From positions 1-6,028 of the forward strand of contig NJBF01000098.1 in assembly GCA_003144275.1 (NCBI GenBank): DNA of 6,028 nucleotides, read 5' to 3'. The notes under the pieces were generated by a model that worked only from the letters and a program-made list of their open reading frames with translations, did not search any database and was not told the DNA's origin. The DNA is from Candidatus Heimdallarchaeota archaeon B3_Heim. Its GTDB lineage: Archaea > Asgardarchaeota > Heimdallarchaeia > Hodarchaeales > Hodarchaeaceae. Each line of letters starts with the position of its first letter. The first letter of the stretch is position 1. This document shows positions 5,586 to 6,028 of this stretch, piece after piece. Both the position numbers and the translations under genes were made by a program.

Positions 5586-6026
5586 TTATTGTACCATCTC
5601 TCGTGCTCTCTCCAAATTTGTCATTACTTCCTTATGATGCAAAGGATATTCCTCAATGGTGAATATTTTCAGAGCCTCTTCATAGGCCCAGATTGCTCTA
5701 GCTAAGTTTTTCTCCCTATCTCGGACCTCTGCAAGAGTGCTATAGACAAATCCAAGATTATTCTGTGTTGCGGCATACTCAATAGGGTATCTCTCAATAG
5801 TTCTAATTTTCAGAGCCTCTTCATAGGCCCGGATTGCTCTAGCTAAGTTTTTCTCCCTATCTCGGACCTCTGCAAGAGTGCTATAGACAAATCCAAGATT
5901 ATTCTGTGTTGCGGCATACTCAATAGGGTATCTCTCAATGGTGAATATTTTCAGAGCCTCTTCATAGGCCCAGATTGCTCTAGCTAAGTTTTTCTCCCTA
6001 TCTCGGACCTCTGCAAGAATCCTATA
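5586..6026 (-). CDS. Tetratricopeptide-repeat protein, C-terminal part; 5' end lies outside the window (absent from the ORF track)
   Basis: The frame is open from 6026 to TAA at 5586-5588 (146 aa). It contains 47-aa TPR-like units such as YSTLAEVRDREKNLARAI(W/R)AYEEALKI(F/R)TIERYPIEYAATQNNLGFV and ends YPLHHKEVMTNLERAREMVQ*. The YP..YA.TQNNLG motif is typical of long TPR proteins. Confidence 0.93.
   Translation of the reverse strand, partial: YRILAEVRDREKNLARAIWAYEEALKIFTIERYPIEYAATQNNLGFVYSTLAEVRDREKNLARAIRAYEEALKIRTIERYPIEYAATQNNLGFVYSTLAEVRDREKNLARAIWAYEEALKIFTIEEYPLHHKEVMTNLERAREMVQ
5652..6018. repeat. Intragenic tandem repeat, 141-bp period, about 2.6 copies in the window
   Basis: Copies start at 5652, 5793 and 5934. 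Copies 1 and 2 differ at 6 of 141 positions, and the partial copy 3 (85 nt) is identical to copy 1. Confidence 0.97.
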
Positions 6027-6028
6027 GG

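Noticed and set aside
5652-6018. CRISPR array or diversity-generating retroelement TR/VR pair
   Set aside because: The repeats are contiguous 141-bp in-frame coding units with no spacers. The differences are not adenine-specific, and no reverse transcriptase is visible.

Overview
This window looks like a mosaic, mostly decayed accessory region. Both edges carry partial repeat-protein genes: the C-terminus of a HEAT-repeat protein (+, <3-236) and the C-terminus of a TPR protein built from near-identical 141-bp units (-, 5586->6026), the latter followed by a two-TM membrane protein gene (-, 4977-5522). The centre holds a minus-strand defence cassette. It consists of a degenerate 3' remnant of a type IIG/Eco57I-like restriction-modification gene (4144-4240), whose stop overlaps the start of a Shedu (SduA, DUF4263) nuclease (2984-4147), followed by a 295-aa protein (2078-2965). 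I recognise that protein from memory as a domain usually fused behind caspase, SIR2 or similar defence effectors. The two intact genes are in the same frame, separated only by one UGA and six sense codons, so they could be a split, read-through or newly paired nuclease-plus-sensor system. Downstream of the cassette lie a tRNA-3'-end/recombinase-tail-like sequence (1887-1916) and a long hairpin (1793-1827) that may mark an element boundary. Positions 210-1085 are depleted of stop codons and look like a decayed gene of uncertain strand. No rRNA, intact tRNA, CRISPR array or intact transposase is visible. All family assignments come from motif recognition, not database searches.
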